Positions 38,008 to 46,997 of a DNA stretch of 64,000 nt are shown in pieces (the stretch's first letter is position 1; the number at the start of each line of letters is the position of its first letter). Made by a program: the position numbers and the translations under genes. Below the pieces are notes generated by a model, which was not told the DNA's origin, ran no database searches, and saw only the letters and a list, made by a program, of their open reading frames with translations. The DNA is from Sphingopyxis sp. (GTDB lineage: Bacteria; Pseudomonadota; Alphaproteobacteria; Sphingomonadales; Sphingomonadaceae). The stretch spans positions 17,096 through 81,095 of the forward strand of contig NZ_JBOHHU010000004.1 in the NCBI RefSeq assembly GCF_050725615.1. The letters are read 5' to 3'.

Positions 38008-39119
38008 GCGACGTGATCGAATTCAACGACCTGAAGGCCCAATATCGCGCGGTGAAGACCTCGGTCGACGCCCGCATCCAGACGGTACTCGACCATGGCC
38101 AATATATCATGGGCCCCGAGGTCGCCGAGCTCGAAGAGAAGCTGGTCGCCTATACTGGCGCGAAGCATTGCATCGGCGTCGCCTCGGGGACCGAGGCGCT
38201 GTTGATCGCGCTGATGGCGCTCGACATCGGCCCCGGCGACGAGGTGATCACGACCTCGGCGACCTTCGTCGCCACCGTCGAAGTCGTCGCGCTGGTCGGC
38301 GCGACTCCGGTGTTCGTCGATATCGACCCCGCGACCTCGACGATCGATCCGCAGGCGGTGAAGGCGGCGATTTCGGACAAGACCCGCGCCATCATCCCCG
38401 TCTCGCTCTATGGCCAATGCGCCGACATGGACGCGATCAACGCGATCGCCGAGCCGCTGGACATCGCGGTGATCGAGGACGGCGCGCAGAGCTTTGGCTC
38501 GACCTATAAGGGCCGCCGCAGCGGCAGCACCAGCGCGATCGGCTGCACCAGCTTCTTCCCCGCCAAGCCGCTCGGCTGTTATGGTGACGGCGGCGCGATC
38601 TTCTGCGATGATGATGCGCTTGCGCAGGCGTGCCGCGAAATCCGCATCCATGGCCAGTCGCGGCGTTTCCACCACACGCGCGTCGGGGTCGGCGGGCGGC
38701 TCGACACGATCCAGGCGGCGGTGCTGCTCGCCAAGCTCGAAATCTTCGACGAAGAGATCGCGCGGCGGCAGGCGCTCGGTGCGCGCTATCTGGCGGCTTT
38801 TGCAGGGCACAACGCGCTCGAACTGCCGATGATCGCCGACGACCGCACCAGCGTCTGGGGCTATTTCGCGCTGAAATCGCCGAACCGCGCCGCGATCCTT
38901 GACGCGCTCAAGGCTGCCGGCGTGCCGAGCGGGGTGCATTATCCCGAGCCGATGCACGTCCAGCCGGCGTATAGGGACAAGTGCCGCGTCGCGGGCGGCA
39001 TGGCCGAGACCGACCGCTGGTCAAGCCAGGTATTCAGCCTGCCGATGCACGCTTACCTCACCGACGAAGCGCAGGACCGCATCATCGCCGCGGTGCTGGC
39101 GGGGGCCGGCGCGGCCTGA
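38004..39119 (+). CDS. wbpE: DegT/DnrJ aminotransferase (WbpE/WlbC)
   Basis: [36 protein letters not shown]. Confidence 0.88.
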   Translation: MSDVIEFNDLKAQYRAVKTSVDARIQTVLDHGQYIMGPEVAELEEKLVAYTGAKHCIGVASGTEALLIALMALDIGPGDEVITTSATFVATVEVVALVGATPVFVDIDPATSTIDPQAVKAAISDKTRAIIPVSLYGQCADMDAINAIAEPLDIAVIEDGAQSFGSTYKGRRSGSTSAIGCTSFFPAKPLGCYGDGGAIFCDDDALAQACREIRIHGQSRRFHHTRVGVGGRLDTIQAAVLLAKLEIFDEEIARRQALGARYLAAFAGHNALELPMIADDRTSVWGYFALKSPNRAAILDALKAAGVPSGVHYPEPMHVQPAYRDKCRVAGGMAETDRWSSQVFSLPMHAYLTDEAQDRIIAAVLAGAGAA

Positions 39120-39130
39120 TTGCCCCTGGC

Positions 39131-39823
39131 ATGAGCCGCCTCCTCAACATGCAGATGAGCTGGCCCGCGACGGCGGTCGACCGGCTGCGCCGGCTGTTCG
39201 AGGCACGCTATCACCGGTTCACCGGCAAGCGCTTCTTCGTCGATACCGCGCAGACGCAGGTCGATATTCATTTTCGCATGTGGTTCTGGCAGCGCGTCAT
39301 GCGCCGCAATGCCGATGCCTATTGGCCGGTACATCCAACGACGCGCGTGCGCGGCGGGCGCTTCGTGGTGATCGGTCCGGAAACGTCGCCCGGCTGGAGC
39401 GTCGGTTGCGACATCGACGGACGCGGCGGCATCTATATCGGCGATTACACCCAGATCGCCCCGACGGTGCGGATGCGCTCGGTCGCCGAGGGGCAGGAGC
39501 CGACCGATGCTCCCGAGGATTTTTCGATCTTCATCGGCAAATACAGCCTGCTGACGATGAACGTCACGGTCGAGGCCGGCGTAAAGCTCGGCGATTTCAC
39601 GATCGTCGGCGCGAACAGCGTCGTCACCGACAGCTTTCCCGACGGCCATTGCGTCATCGCGGGCAATCCGGCGCGGTTGATCAAGCGGCTCGATCCTGCG
39701 GCGTGCGAGCATTGGCAGCGCGCGGCGCCCTATGTCGGCTATACGCCGCTGTCCGAGATCGCGAAGCTGCGCGGCGCCGCAATCGACGCAGGGCTTTTCG
39801 ACCGCATCTGGGGCGCTGCATGA
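39131..39823 (+). CDS. Hexapeptide-repeat acyltransferase-like protein A
   Basis: YWPVHP, GDYTQIAP, GDFTIVGANSVVT, IAGNPAR. Confidence 0.8.
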   Translation: MSRLLNMQMSWPATAVDRLRRLFEARYHRFTGKRFFVDTAQTQVDIHFRMWFWQRVMRRNADAYWPVHPTTRVRGGRFVVIGPETSPGWSVGCDIDGRGGIYIGDYTQIAPTVRMRSVAEGQEPTDAPEDFSIFIGKYSLLTMNVTVEAGVKLGDFTIVGANSVVTDSFPDGHCVIAGNPARLIKRLDPAACEHWQRAAPYVGYTPLSEIAKLRGAAIDAGLFDRIWGAA

Positions 39824-40410
39824 ACCGCTCGGTTCCCTGGCGCGTTCGCTTCGCGCAGCATCTGGTCGGCATCAACGGCGCGGCCTATTGGCCGATGCAT
39901 CCCGACAGCCAGCTCGCCTACCCCAACCGCGTGTTGCTCGGCCGCGACAGCTGGCCGGGGATCGAGCCACGCTGCTATGTCAGCGCCAACATGGGGCTCG
40001 TTGTCGGCAATGGGGTACGGATCGGCCGCGAAGTCGGGCTGATCACCGGCGACCACGACCCGACGCGCCTGACCAGCTATCTCGAGGTCGCGCCCCAAGT
40101 CATCGGCGATCATTGCATTATCGAAGACGGCTGCACCATCCTGCCCGGGGTCGAACTTGCCGATTTCTGCATCGTGACGCGCGGCAGCGTGGTGACCAAA
40201 TCCTGCCTCGAACCGCGCTCGATCCTGTCGGGCAATCCGGCCCGGGTGGTCGGAACGCACGACCGCCCTACCCCGTCGATCGCGGCGGATGCGAAGCACG
40301 GCTATATCCCGGCGGTCCGTTTCGACGATTTTGCGCGCCGCAACCTGCGCCACCAATATCTCGGTCGCTTTGGCGACGCCTTTACGCTGTCGTCGCCGGG
40401 GGCTAGCTGA
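39820..40410 (+). CDS. Hexapeptide-repeat acyltransferase-like protein B
   Basis: In frame within ORF-track 38899..40410; MNRSVPW..YWPMHP..ITGDHD..ILPGV..GNPAR..GYIPA; ATGA-coupled. Confidence 0.75.
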   Translation: MNRSVPWRVRFAQHLVGINGAAYWPMHPDSQLAYPNRVLLGRDSWPGIEPRCYVSANMGLVVGNGVRIGREVGLITGDHDPTRLTSYLEVAPQVIGDHCIIEDGCTILPGVELADFCIVTRGSVVTKSCLEPRSILSGNPARVVGTHDRPTPSIAADAKHGYIPAVRFDDFARRNLRHQYLGRFGDAFTLSSPGAS

Positions 40411-40415
40411 CTTCC

Positions 40416-42242
40416 ATGTGCGGGTGGGGAATCCTGGTAAATCGCGACGGACGCCCCGTCGAACGGCCGCTGCTGCAGGCGATGGCCGATGCAGTCGCGC
40501 ACCGCGGTCCCGATGCCGAGGGGATCGTCGAACTCGGCCCGGTCGGCCTCGCGCATCGACGCCTCGCGGTGATCGACGTCAATGACCGGTCGAACCAGCC
40601 GATGCGCAGCCGCGACAATTGGCTGCAGTTCAATGGCGCCATCTATAATTTCCGCGAGCTTCGGACCGAGCTCGAAGCGCTCGGGCACATATTCCACACC
40701 AAGTCCGATACCGAGGTGCTGCTCCACGCGCTCGACCAATGGTGGGTCGATGCGCTGCCGCGCTTGCAGGGGATGTTTTCCTTCTGCTTCTATGATGCGC
40801 GGCGGCGCAAATTGCTGCTCGCGCGCGACCGCTTCGGCATCAAGCCGCTCTGCTATCATCTGTCGGACCGGGTTTTCATCGCGGGATCCGAAGCGAAACA
40901 GTTGCTCGCGACCGGCCTCGTCGGATCGGCGCCCGACCACAGCGTGCTGCGCACCTTCCTCGAACATGGGCGCCTCAACCTCGACGAACGCAGCTTTTTT
41001 GCCGACGTCAAACTCATGCCGCCCGGCCAGTTGGCGGTCTATGACCTCGTCAGCGACCAGCTCGTCCAGATGCGCTGGTACGAGCTCAGCCTGCACGTCG
41101 AGCCGCGCGACATCGCCTATGACGAGGCTTGCGAACGGCTGCGCGCGCTGTTCGACGACGCGGTCCGGTCGCATCATGTCGCCAACGTCCCCGTCGGCGC
41201 CAGCCTGTCGGGCGGGGTCGACAGCTCGTCGATCGCGGCGGCGAGCGCGGCGGTGGTCGGCGACCCGGGGCAGTTCCCGCTGTTCACCATCTACCACGCC
41301 GACGATCGCCACGATGAACGCCGATATGCCGCCCAGGTGACCGGGCGTTTCGGCTTCCGACCGGTCGAAGTGCCGGTCTCGCTGCTCGATTATTACACCC
41401 CCGAATGGCTTGAAAGTTTCGCCTTTTCGCAGGACCAGCCGCTGCCCGGCGGCAGCCATTTCAACGAACATGCGCTGTTCAAGGCAGCGCATGAGGCGGG
41501 CGTGACGGTGATGCTCGACGGCCAGGGCGCCGACGAATATTTCGGCGGATATGGCGAATTCTGGCTCGCGGCGCAGCGCGCGGCGATCAAAAGCGGCAAT
41601 CTGGCCGAGGTCGGCCGCAACCTGCGCGGGCGCAGTCTGACCAACGCCGAGCCGATGCCGCTCACCGTCCGCAAGATGGTCGCCGCGTTCCTGCGGCGCG
41701 AGAGCGATGCGTCGCCGCTGATGGCCGGGCTGTGGCGCGGCAAGGGCGCAGCGCGCCACGCCTATGCGCCGCCCAAGGATTTCCGCCCGCTATCGATCGA
41801 CGAGCTGGTGCGGTCGAGCATCCCCTATCAACTCCATTCGCAGGACCGCAACGCGATGCAGTTCGGCATCGAATCGCGCGTTCCGTTCCTCGACCACCGG
41901 CTGGTCGAATTCGTCTGCAGCCTGCCGACCGAATATCTGGTCGGTGGCGGCTGGCAGAAGCGGATTTTCCGCGACGCGATGGCGGAATTGCCCGACGATA
42001 TCCGCTGGCGGCGCAACAAGATCGGCTTTTCGTCGCCCGACGCCGAATTCGGCGTTCAATATCCCGACCGGCTCGCGGCGATGCTCGACGATGCGGTTTC
42101 GACCCTCGCGCCGCTGCTCGACGCGGCGCAGCTCCGCCAGCGCCTCGACCGCTATCGCCTCGATCCCAGCCTTTACGATCCCGCCATATTTCGCTTGATC
42201 AGCCTCGCCGCCTGGGTCAGGCGGTTTGCGGTTTCATTATAG
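40416..42242 (+). CDS. asnB: Asparagine synthase-like glutamine amidotransferase (glycan amidation)
   Basis: N-terminal Cys2, HRGPD, HRRLAVID, RDRFGIKPL, LSGGVDSS, RVPFLDH. Confidence 0.9.
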   Translation: MCGWGILVNRDGRPVERPLLQAMADAVAHRGPDAEGIVELGPVGLAHRRLAVIDVNDRSNQPMRSRDNWLQFNGAIYNFRELRTELEALGHIFHTKSDTEVLLHALDQWWVDALPRLQGMFSFCFYDARRRKLLLARDRFGIKPLCYHLSDRVFIAGSEAKQLLATGLVGSAPDHSVLRTFLEHGRLNLDERSFFADVKLMPPGQLAVYDLVSDQLVQMRWYELSLHVEPRDIAYDEACERLRALFDDAVRSHHVANVPVGASLSGGVDSSSIAAASAAVVGDPGQFPLFTIYHADDRHDERRYAAQVTGRFGFRPVEVPVSLLDYYTPEWLESFAFSQDQPLPGGSHFNEHALFKAAHEAGVTVMLDGQGADEYFGGYGEFWLAAQRAAIKSGNLAEVGRNLRGRSLTNAEPMPLTVRKMVAAFLRRESDASPLMAGLWRGKGAARHAYAPPKDFRPLSIDELVRSSIPYQLHSQDRNAMQFGIESRVPFLDHRLVEFVCSLPTEYLVGGGWQKRIFRDAMAELPDDIRWRRNKIGFSSPDAEFGVQYPDRLAAMLDDAVSTLAPLLDAAQLRQRLDRYRLDPSLYDPAIFRLISLAAWVRRFAVSL

Positions 42243-42251
42243 CCCCGGGGC

Positions 42252-42268
42252 GCGGCCCGCCGGGCCGC
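42252..42268. other. Perfect 7-bp GC stem-loop between asnB and the flippase
   Basis: GCGGCCC-GCC-GGGCCGC, no U-tract. Confidence 0.5.
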
Positions 42269-42295
42269 ATCCCGCGAACGAGGACCTGTGCAGCC

Positions 42296-43609
42296 TTGCT
42301 TGCCCGATTGCTCAAACTGCGACACTCCTCCTTCCTGCGCGGCGCGGCGACGCTGTCGGGCGGACAGGTTATCGCCACGGCGGTCAGCTTCGGTTTCGCG
42401 CCGATCCTCAGTCGCCTTTATTCGCCCGCCGATTATGGCGTGCTGGCGACCTATATGTCGATCGCGGTCATCCTCGCGGCGGTCGCCAACCTCCAGATGG
42501 CGCGCGCGCTGGTGGCAGAGGCCGATGAGGAACAGGCACGCGCACTGCTTGGACTAAGTTTGCTGCTGGCGTTCGGCTTTGCCGCGCTGACGCTGGTCGG
42601 GGTTCTGGTCACCGGCGTGGCCGGCGCAAAAGGCGTCGAGGAGCTTGGTTTCTGGCTGTTGCTGCTGCCCGCCACGGTTCTCGCTTCGGGGACCGGGAGC
42701 GCGCTGCTCGGCTGGGCGAACCGCCATCATCATTATCGCCTGATGAGCGGCTATCAGATCGTCAATGTCGTCATTTCGTCGGGCGGCGCTCTGGCGCTGG
42801 CGTGGGGCGGCTTCGGTGCGCGCGGGTTGATGATCGGATATTTCCTCGGCCAGCTCGCCGCTTTCCTGTGGGTGTGGATCGGCAGCCGCGCCAGCCTCCC
42901 CGGGCTGCGCGGCCTGTCGTGGAGCGATATGCGTACGGCGGGGCTTGCCCATCGCAACTATGCGCTGTGGACCACGCCCACCTCGATGATCGAACAGGTG
43001 TCGGGGGCATCGCCGGTGCTGGTCCTGTCGCTGTGGGGCAATATGCTCGATATCGTCGGCCATTATAACCGCGCGCGCGGCCTGTTGATGTTGCCCGTCG
43101 GCATATTGGGCAGCGCGATCGGGCAGGTTTTTTTCCGCCGCGCCGCGCAGGATATCGCGCGCGACGGTCATTGCCGCCCGCTGTTCTGGCGGCTGGTGGC
43201 GGCGATGAGCGCGATCAGCATCCCGAGCTTCGCCATCCTCGCGGTGATTGCGCCTCAGCTCTTCGTCTTTGTCCTCGGCCCGCAATGGGACGAGGCGGGG
43301 CATATCGCGCGCATCCTCGCGCCGGTCATGGCGTTGCAACTGATCGTCATGCCCGCGTCGAAGGTGCTGTGGCTCTATCATCGCCAGCGGCTCGACTTTT
43401 TCCTGTCGATCTTTTTCGCGGTATCGACCACCGTTGCCGTTGCTTCGGTGGCCTTTCTGGGCTTCTCGCCCGAAATCGCCATCGACGTGTTTGCGGGCGT
43501 GCAGATATTGTTATACCTCGTTTATCTCAGCAGCAGCATCCTGATCGTCGAGCGCGATCATCGGAGCAGACAGGGACTGGCCGCAGACGCGGCACCGGCC
43601 AAACCATGA
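42296..43609 (+). CDS. wzx: Wzx-type oligosaccharide flippase
   Basis: Multi-TM; PILSRLYSPADYG, FVLGPQWDEAG; TTG start with GAGGA RBS inferred. Confidence 0.85.
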   Translation: MLARLLKLRHSSFLRGAATLSGGQVIATAVSFGFAPILSRLYSPADYGVLATYMSIAVILAAVANLQMARALVAEADEEQARALLGLSLLLAFGFAALTLVGVLVTGVAGAKGVEELGFWLLLLPATVLASGTGSALLGWANRHHHYRLMSGYQIVNVVISSGGALALAWGGFGARGLMIGYFLGQLAAFLWVWIGSRASLPGLRGLSWSDMRTAGLAHRNYALWTTPTSMIEQVSGASPVLVLSLWGNMLDIVGHYNRARGLLMLPVGILGSAIGQVFFRRAAQDIARDGHCRPLFWRLVAAMSAISIPSFAILAVIAPQLFVFVLGPQWDEAGHIARILAPVMALQLIVMPASKVLWLYHRQRLDFFLSIFFAVSTTVAVASVAFLGFSPEIAIDVFAGVQILLYLVYLSSSILIVERDHRSRQGLAADAAPAKP

Positions 43610-44214
43610 TCACGATCGTCGACTATGATGCGGGGAATCCGCGCTCGATCATCAACATGCTCCACTATCTGGGGCATCGTGCCGAGCTGACCGGCGATCC
43701 CGACAAGGTCGCCAAGGCCGACCGGCTGATCCTGCCCGGGGTCGGCAAGTTCGATTGGGGCATGCAGCGACTGCACGACAAAGGCCTGTCCGCGCCGCTC
43801 GACGAAGCGGTGAAGCGCGGAGTGCCGATGCTCGGCATCTGCCTCGGCGCGCAGTTGCTGACGCGCGGCAGCGACGAAGGACAATTGCCGGGGTTCGGCT
43901 GGGTCCCCGCAAGGACCGTCGCCTTCGATCGTGCTCGTCTTGATCCGCGGCTGAAGGTGCCGCATATCGGCTGGGCCGACACCGACTGGAACAAGAACCA
44001 TCGGATGGCGGTCGATACGCCCGAGGCGCGCTATTATTACGTTCACAGCTTTCATATCGCGTGTGACGATCCGGCGACCGAGCTGTGCAGCACGCAGCAC
44101 GGTTATCGCTTCACCGCCGGGGTCGAGAGGGACAATGTTTTCGGGGTCCAGTTCCATCCCGAAAAGAGCCTGTCGTTCGGCATGGCGGTCCTCACCCGCT
44201 ATGCGGGCCTCTGA
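43606..44214 (+). CDS. hisH: HisH-like glutaminase subunit (WbuY/HisH2 type)
   Basis: LPGVG, GICLGAQ, VPHIGW, YYVHS, QFHPEKS. Confidence 0.92.
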   Translation: MITIVDYDAGNPRSIINMLHYLGHRAELTGDPDKVAKADRLILPGVGKFDWGMQRLHDKGLSAPLDEAVKRGVPMLGICLGAQLLTRGSDEGQLPGFGWVPARTVAFDRARLDPRLKVPHIGWADTDWNKNHRMAVDTPEARYYYVHSFHIACDDPATELCSTQHGYRFTAGVERDNVFGVQFHPEKSLSFGMAVLTRYAGL

Positions 44215-44217
44215 GCG

Positions 44218-45048
44218 ATGAGGCCCGCGCTGCCCAACCTCGTCGTCATCGGTGCCATGAAATGCGGCACGACCAGCCTCAACGATTATCTCGACCTCCA
44301 TCCCGACGTGCATATGGCGCCGGACAAGGAGATCAACTTCTTCTCGGGCGAAAATGCCCACCGCTCGCTCGACTGGTATTGCGCGCAATATGACGGCACA
44401 AAAGCCGTGCGCGGCGAGGCGTCGCAGAATTATACCAAGAGCCATCACCCCTTCTACAAGGGCGCGCCCGAGCGGATGGCGGCGATCATTCCCGATGCGA
44501 AGCTGATCTATCTCGTCCGCGATCCTATCGAGCGCTATCGCTCGCACATTGTCGAAAATTATGTCGGCGAAACGGTCCAGGAAGACATCGCCTGGAACCT
44601 GGCCAACGACCATCAGTTCCAGACCGGCAAATATGCCTGGCAACTGCGCTTTTTCCTCGAGCATTTTCGGATGGAACAGATTTTGGTGGTCGACAGCGAC
44701 GAGCTTAATCGCGCGCGTCACGAAACGATGAACGACATCTTCGCCTTCCTCGGCCTCGACGCGATCGCCGACGAAAAAGCCTTTGCGTTCAAGTCGAACA
44801 CCAATGCCTCGAACGGCGTGCCCAGCCGCTGGCGAATGGCGCTTCCCTATCGCGCCGCGCGCAAGCTGGCGCCCTTCGACCTCGATGCGCAGCTCAGCCG
44901 TCCGGCGATCAGCCGGATACTGTTCCCGGGCCTCGAAAAACCCGACCTGTCCGCCGACCAGGTCGATGAACTGCGCAGCCGCTATGCCCCCGAAGTCGCC
45001 CAATTGCGCGCGCTGACCGGGCAGAGCTTTGCGAAGTGGCAGGTCTGA
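44218..45048 (+). CDS. PAPS-dependent sulfotransferase
   Basis: 5'-PSB loop IGAMKCGTTSL, KEINFF, GEASQNY, 3'-PB motif VRDPIERYRS. Confidence 0.88.
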   Translation: MRPALPNLVVIGAMKCGTTSLNDYLDLHPDVHMAPDKEINFFSGENAHRSLDWYCAQYDGTKAVRGEASQNYTKSHHPFYKGAPERMAAIIPDAKLIYLVRDPIERYRSHIVENYVGETVQEDIAWNLANDHQFQTGKYAWQLRFFLEHFRMEQILVVDSDELNRARHETMNDIFAFLGLDAIADEKAFAFKSNTNASNGVPSRWRMALPYRAARKLAPFDLDAQLSRPAISRILFPGLEKPDLSADQVDELRSRYAPEVAQLRALTGQSFAKWQV

Positions 45049-45825
45049 ATGCGCCGCATTCGTGTGATCCCCGTGCTGACGATCGACCGCGACCGGCGTC
45101 TGGTCAAGACCGTCGCCTTTGGCAAGCGCACCTATATCGGCGACCCGATCAACGCGGTGCGCATCTTCAACACCAAGATGGTCGACGAGATTTTGCTGCT
45201 CGACATCGATGCCAGCGTCGATGGTCGCGGACCCGATTTCGAAGCGATCGGCGATATCGTCGAAGAAGCCTTTCTGCCGATGGGCTATGGCGGCGGCATT
45301 CGCAGCGTCGAGGACGCGGCGAAACTCTTCGCGCTCGGGCTCGAAAAGGTCGTGCTGTCGACCGAAGCGCTGGCGCAGCCCGGGCTGGTGACCGCGATTG
45401 CCGAACGTTTCGGGGCGCAGGCGGTCGCGGTGGCGCTGCCCTATGCCAAAAAGCTGCTCGGCGGACAGCAGGTGCTGGCCCGCAGCGGCAAGACCAGGAC
45501 CGGGCAATCGCCGGTCGAGGCGGCCAAGGCGATGGCCGCTGCCGGCGCGGGCGAAATCATCGTCACCAGCATCGATCGCGACGGCAAATGGACGGGGTTC
45601 GATCTGCCCACGATCACCGCAGTGGCGGAAGCGGTCGATGTCCCGGTGGTGGCGTGCGGCGGCGCATCGGCGCTCGGCGATTTTCTGCCTGTGATTCAAG
45701 GCGGCGGCGCATCGGCGGTGGCGGCGTCGAGCCTGTTCGTCTATCGCGCCCAGAATCAGGGCGTGCTGATCTCCTATCCCGATGAGGCCGATCTGCGCGA
45801 CCAATTATTTGCCAAGCTCGACTGA
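45049..45825 (+). CDS. hisF: HisF-like cyclase subunit (WbuZ/AglZ/HisF2 type)
   Basis: RVIPVL, GDPINAVRIFN, YGGGI, SIDRDG..G.D, CGGA. Confidence 0.9.
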   Translation: MRRIRVIPVLTIDRDRRLVKTVAFGKRTYIGDPINAVRIFNTKMVDEILLLDIDASVDGRGPDFEAIGDIVEEAFLPMGYGGGIRSVEDAAKLFALGLEKVVLSTEALAQPGLVTAIAERFGAQAVAVALPYAKKLLGGQQVLARSGKTRTGQSPVEAAKAMAAAGAGEIIVTSIDRDGKWTGFDLPTITAVAEAVDVPVVACGGASALGDFLPVIQGGGASAVAASSLFVYRAQNQGVLISYPDEADLRDQLFAKLD

Positions 45826-45835
45826 ACGGGATCCC

Positions 45836-46993
45836 GTGACCGAAGCCACCTCTCCCCTGCCCACCTCGTCGACGCGCGTCTGCACGCGCACCGTGATGGA
45901 CGGCAGCGACCCCGACATCGTCTTCGATGAAGAGGGCGTGTCGAACCATTGGCACGAATATCAGGCGCTTATGGCGACCCAGCCGAGCGCCGAGGAAAAA
46001 CAGGCGCGGCTCGACGCGCTGCTCGCCGACGTGCGCGCCGATGGAGAAGGCAAGCCTTATGACTGCGTCATCGGCCTGTCGGGCGGGGTGGACAGCAGCT
46101 ATGTCACCTGGCTCGCCAAGCAATGGAATCTGCGCCCGCTGATCGTCCATTTCGACAATGGCTGGAACAACGAGCTCGCGGTCCGCAATATCGAAAATAT
46201 CTGCAAGAAGCTGGGTTTCGAACTCCACACCTTCGTGATGGACTGGGAGGAGTTTCGCGACCTCCAGCGCGCCTATTTCAAGGCGTCGGTCGTCGATCTG
46301 GAAGTACCGACCGACCATATGATCTCGGGTGCGCTCTATCGTCTCGCGGCGAAGCACAAGCTTAAATATATGCTCTCGGGCCTCAATTTTGCGACCGAAT
46401 CGGTGATGCCGCCGTCGTGGAACTATGCGAAGTTCGACCTTGAAAATATTCGTAATATTCACAAAAAGTTCGGAACCAAGCCGCTGAAGAAGCTGCCCGC
46501 GCTCGGCGTCTGGCAAAAGGCCTGGTATCAGCTGGTCCGCGGCATCCACAGCGAGGCCGTGCTCGACCTGATCGACTATAACAAGGCCGAGGCGAAGGCG
46601 CTGCTGATCCGCGAACTCGACTGGGTCGACTATGGCGGCAAACATTATGAATCGCTCTTCACCCGCTTTTATCAGGGTTATATCCTCCCGCGGAAATTCG
46701 GGGTCGACAAGCGCAAGGCGCATCTGTCGAACCTGATCCTGTCGGGCCAGGCGACGCGCGAGGAGGCGCTGCGCGAGCTGCAGCAGCCGACCTATGACGA
46801 AGCGATGCAGGAACGCGACAAGGCCTATGTGCGCAAGAAGCTCGGCTTCACCGAGAGCGAGTTCGAGGCGGTGCTGAGCCTGCCCAACCAGCGCCACGAG
46901 GTGTACGGCACCGATCAGGCCCACCGCGAACGCTATTTCCGCATCGTCGGAACGCTGGGGAAAGCGATGCGCGCCGTCGGGCTGAAGCGCTAG
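45836..46993 (+). CDS. N-acetyl-sugar amidotransferase (WbuX/WbpG family)
   Basis: C..T.MD, YDCVIGLSGGVDSS PP-loop, HFDNGWN, YGGKHYES; GTG start inferred. Confidence 0.9.
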   Translation: MTEATSPLPTSSTRVCTRTVMDGSDPDIVFDEEGVSNHWHEYQALMATQPSAEEKQARLDALLADVRADGEGKPYDCVIGLSGGVDSSYVTWLAKQWNLRPLIVHFDNGWNNELAVRNIENICKKLGFELHTFVMDWEEFRDLQRAYFKASVVDLEVPTDHMISGALYRLAAKHKLKYMLSGLNFATESVMPPSWNYAKFDLENIRNIHKKFGTKPLKKLPALGVWQKAWYQLVRGIHSEAVLDLIDYNKAEAKALLIRELDWVDYGGKHYESLFTRFYQGYILPRKFGVDKRKAHLSNLILSGQATREEALRELQQPTYDEAMQERDKAYVRKKLGFTESEFEAVLSLPNQRHEVYGTDQAHRERYFRIVGTLGKAMRAVGLKR

Positions 46994-46997
46994 GCCG

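Noticed and set aside
43606-45825. hisH/hisF as histidine-biosynthesis genes
   Set aside because: No other his genes nearby; adjacency to a WbuX-type amidotransferase indicates the glycan-modifying paralogs.
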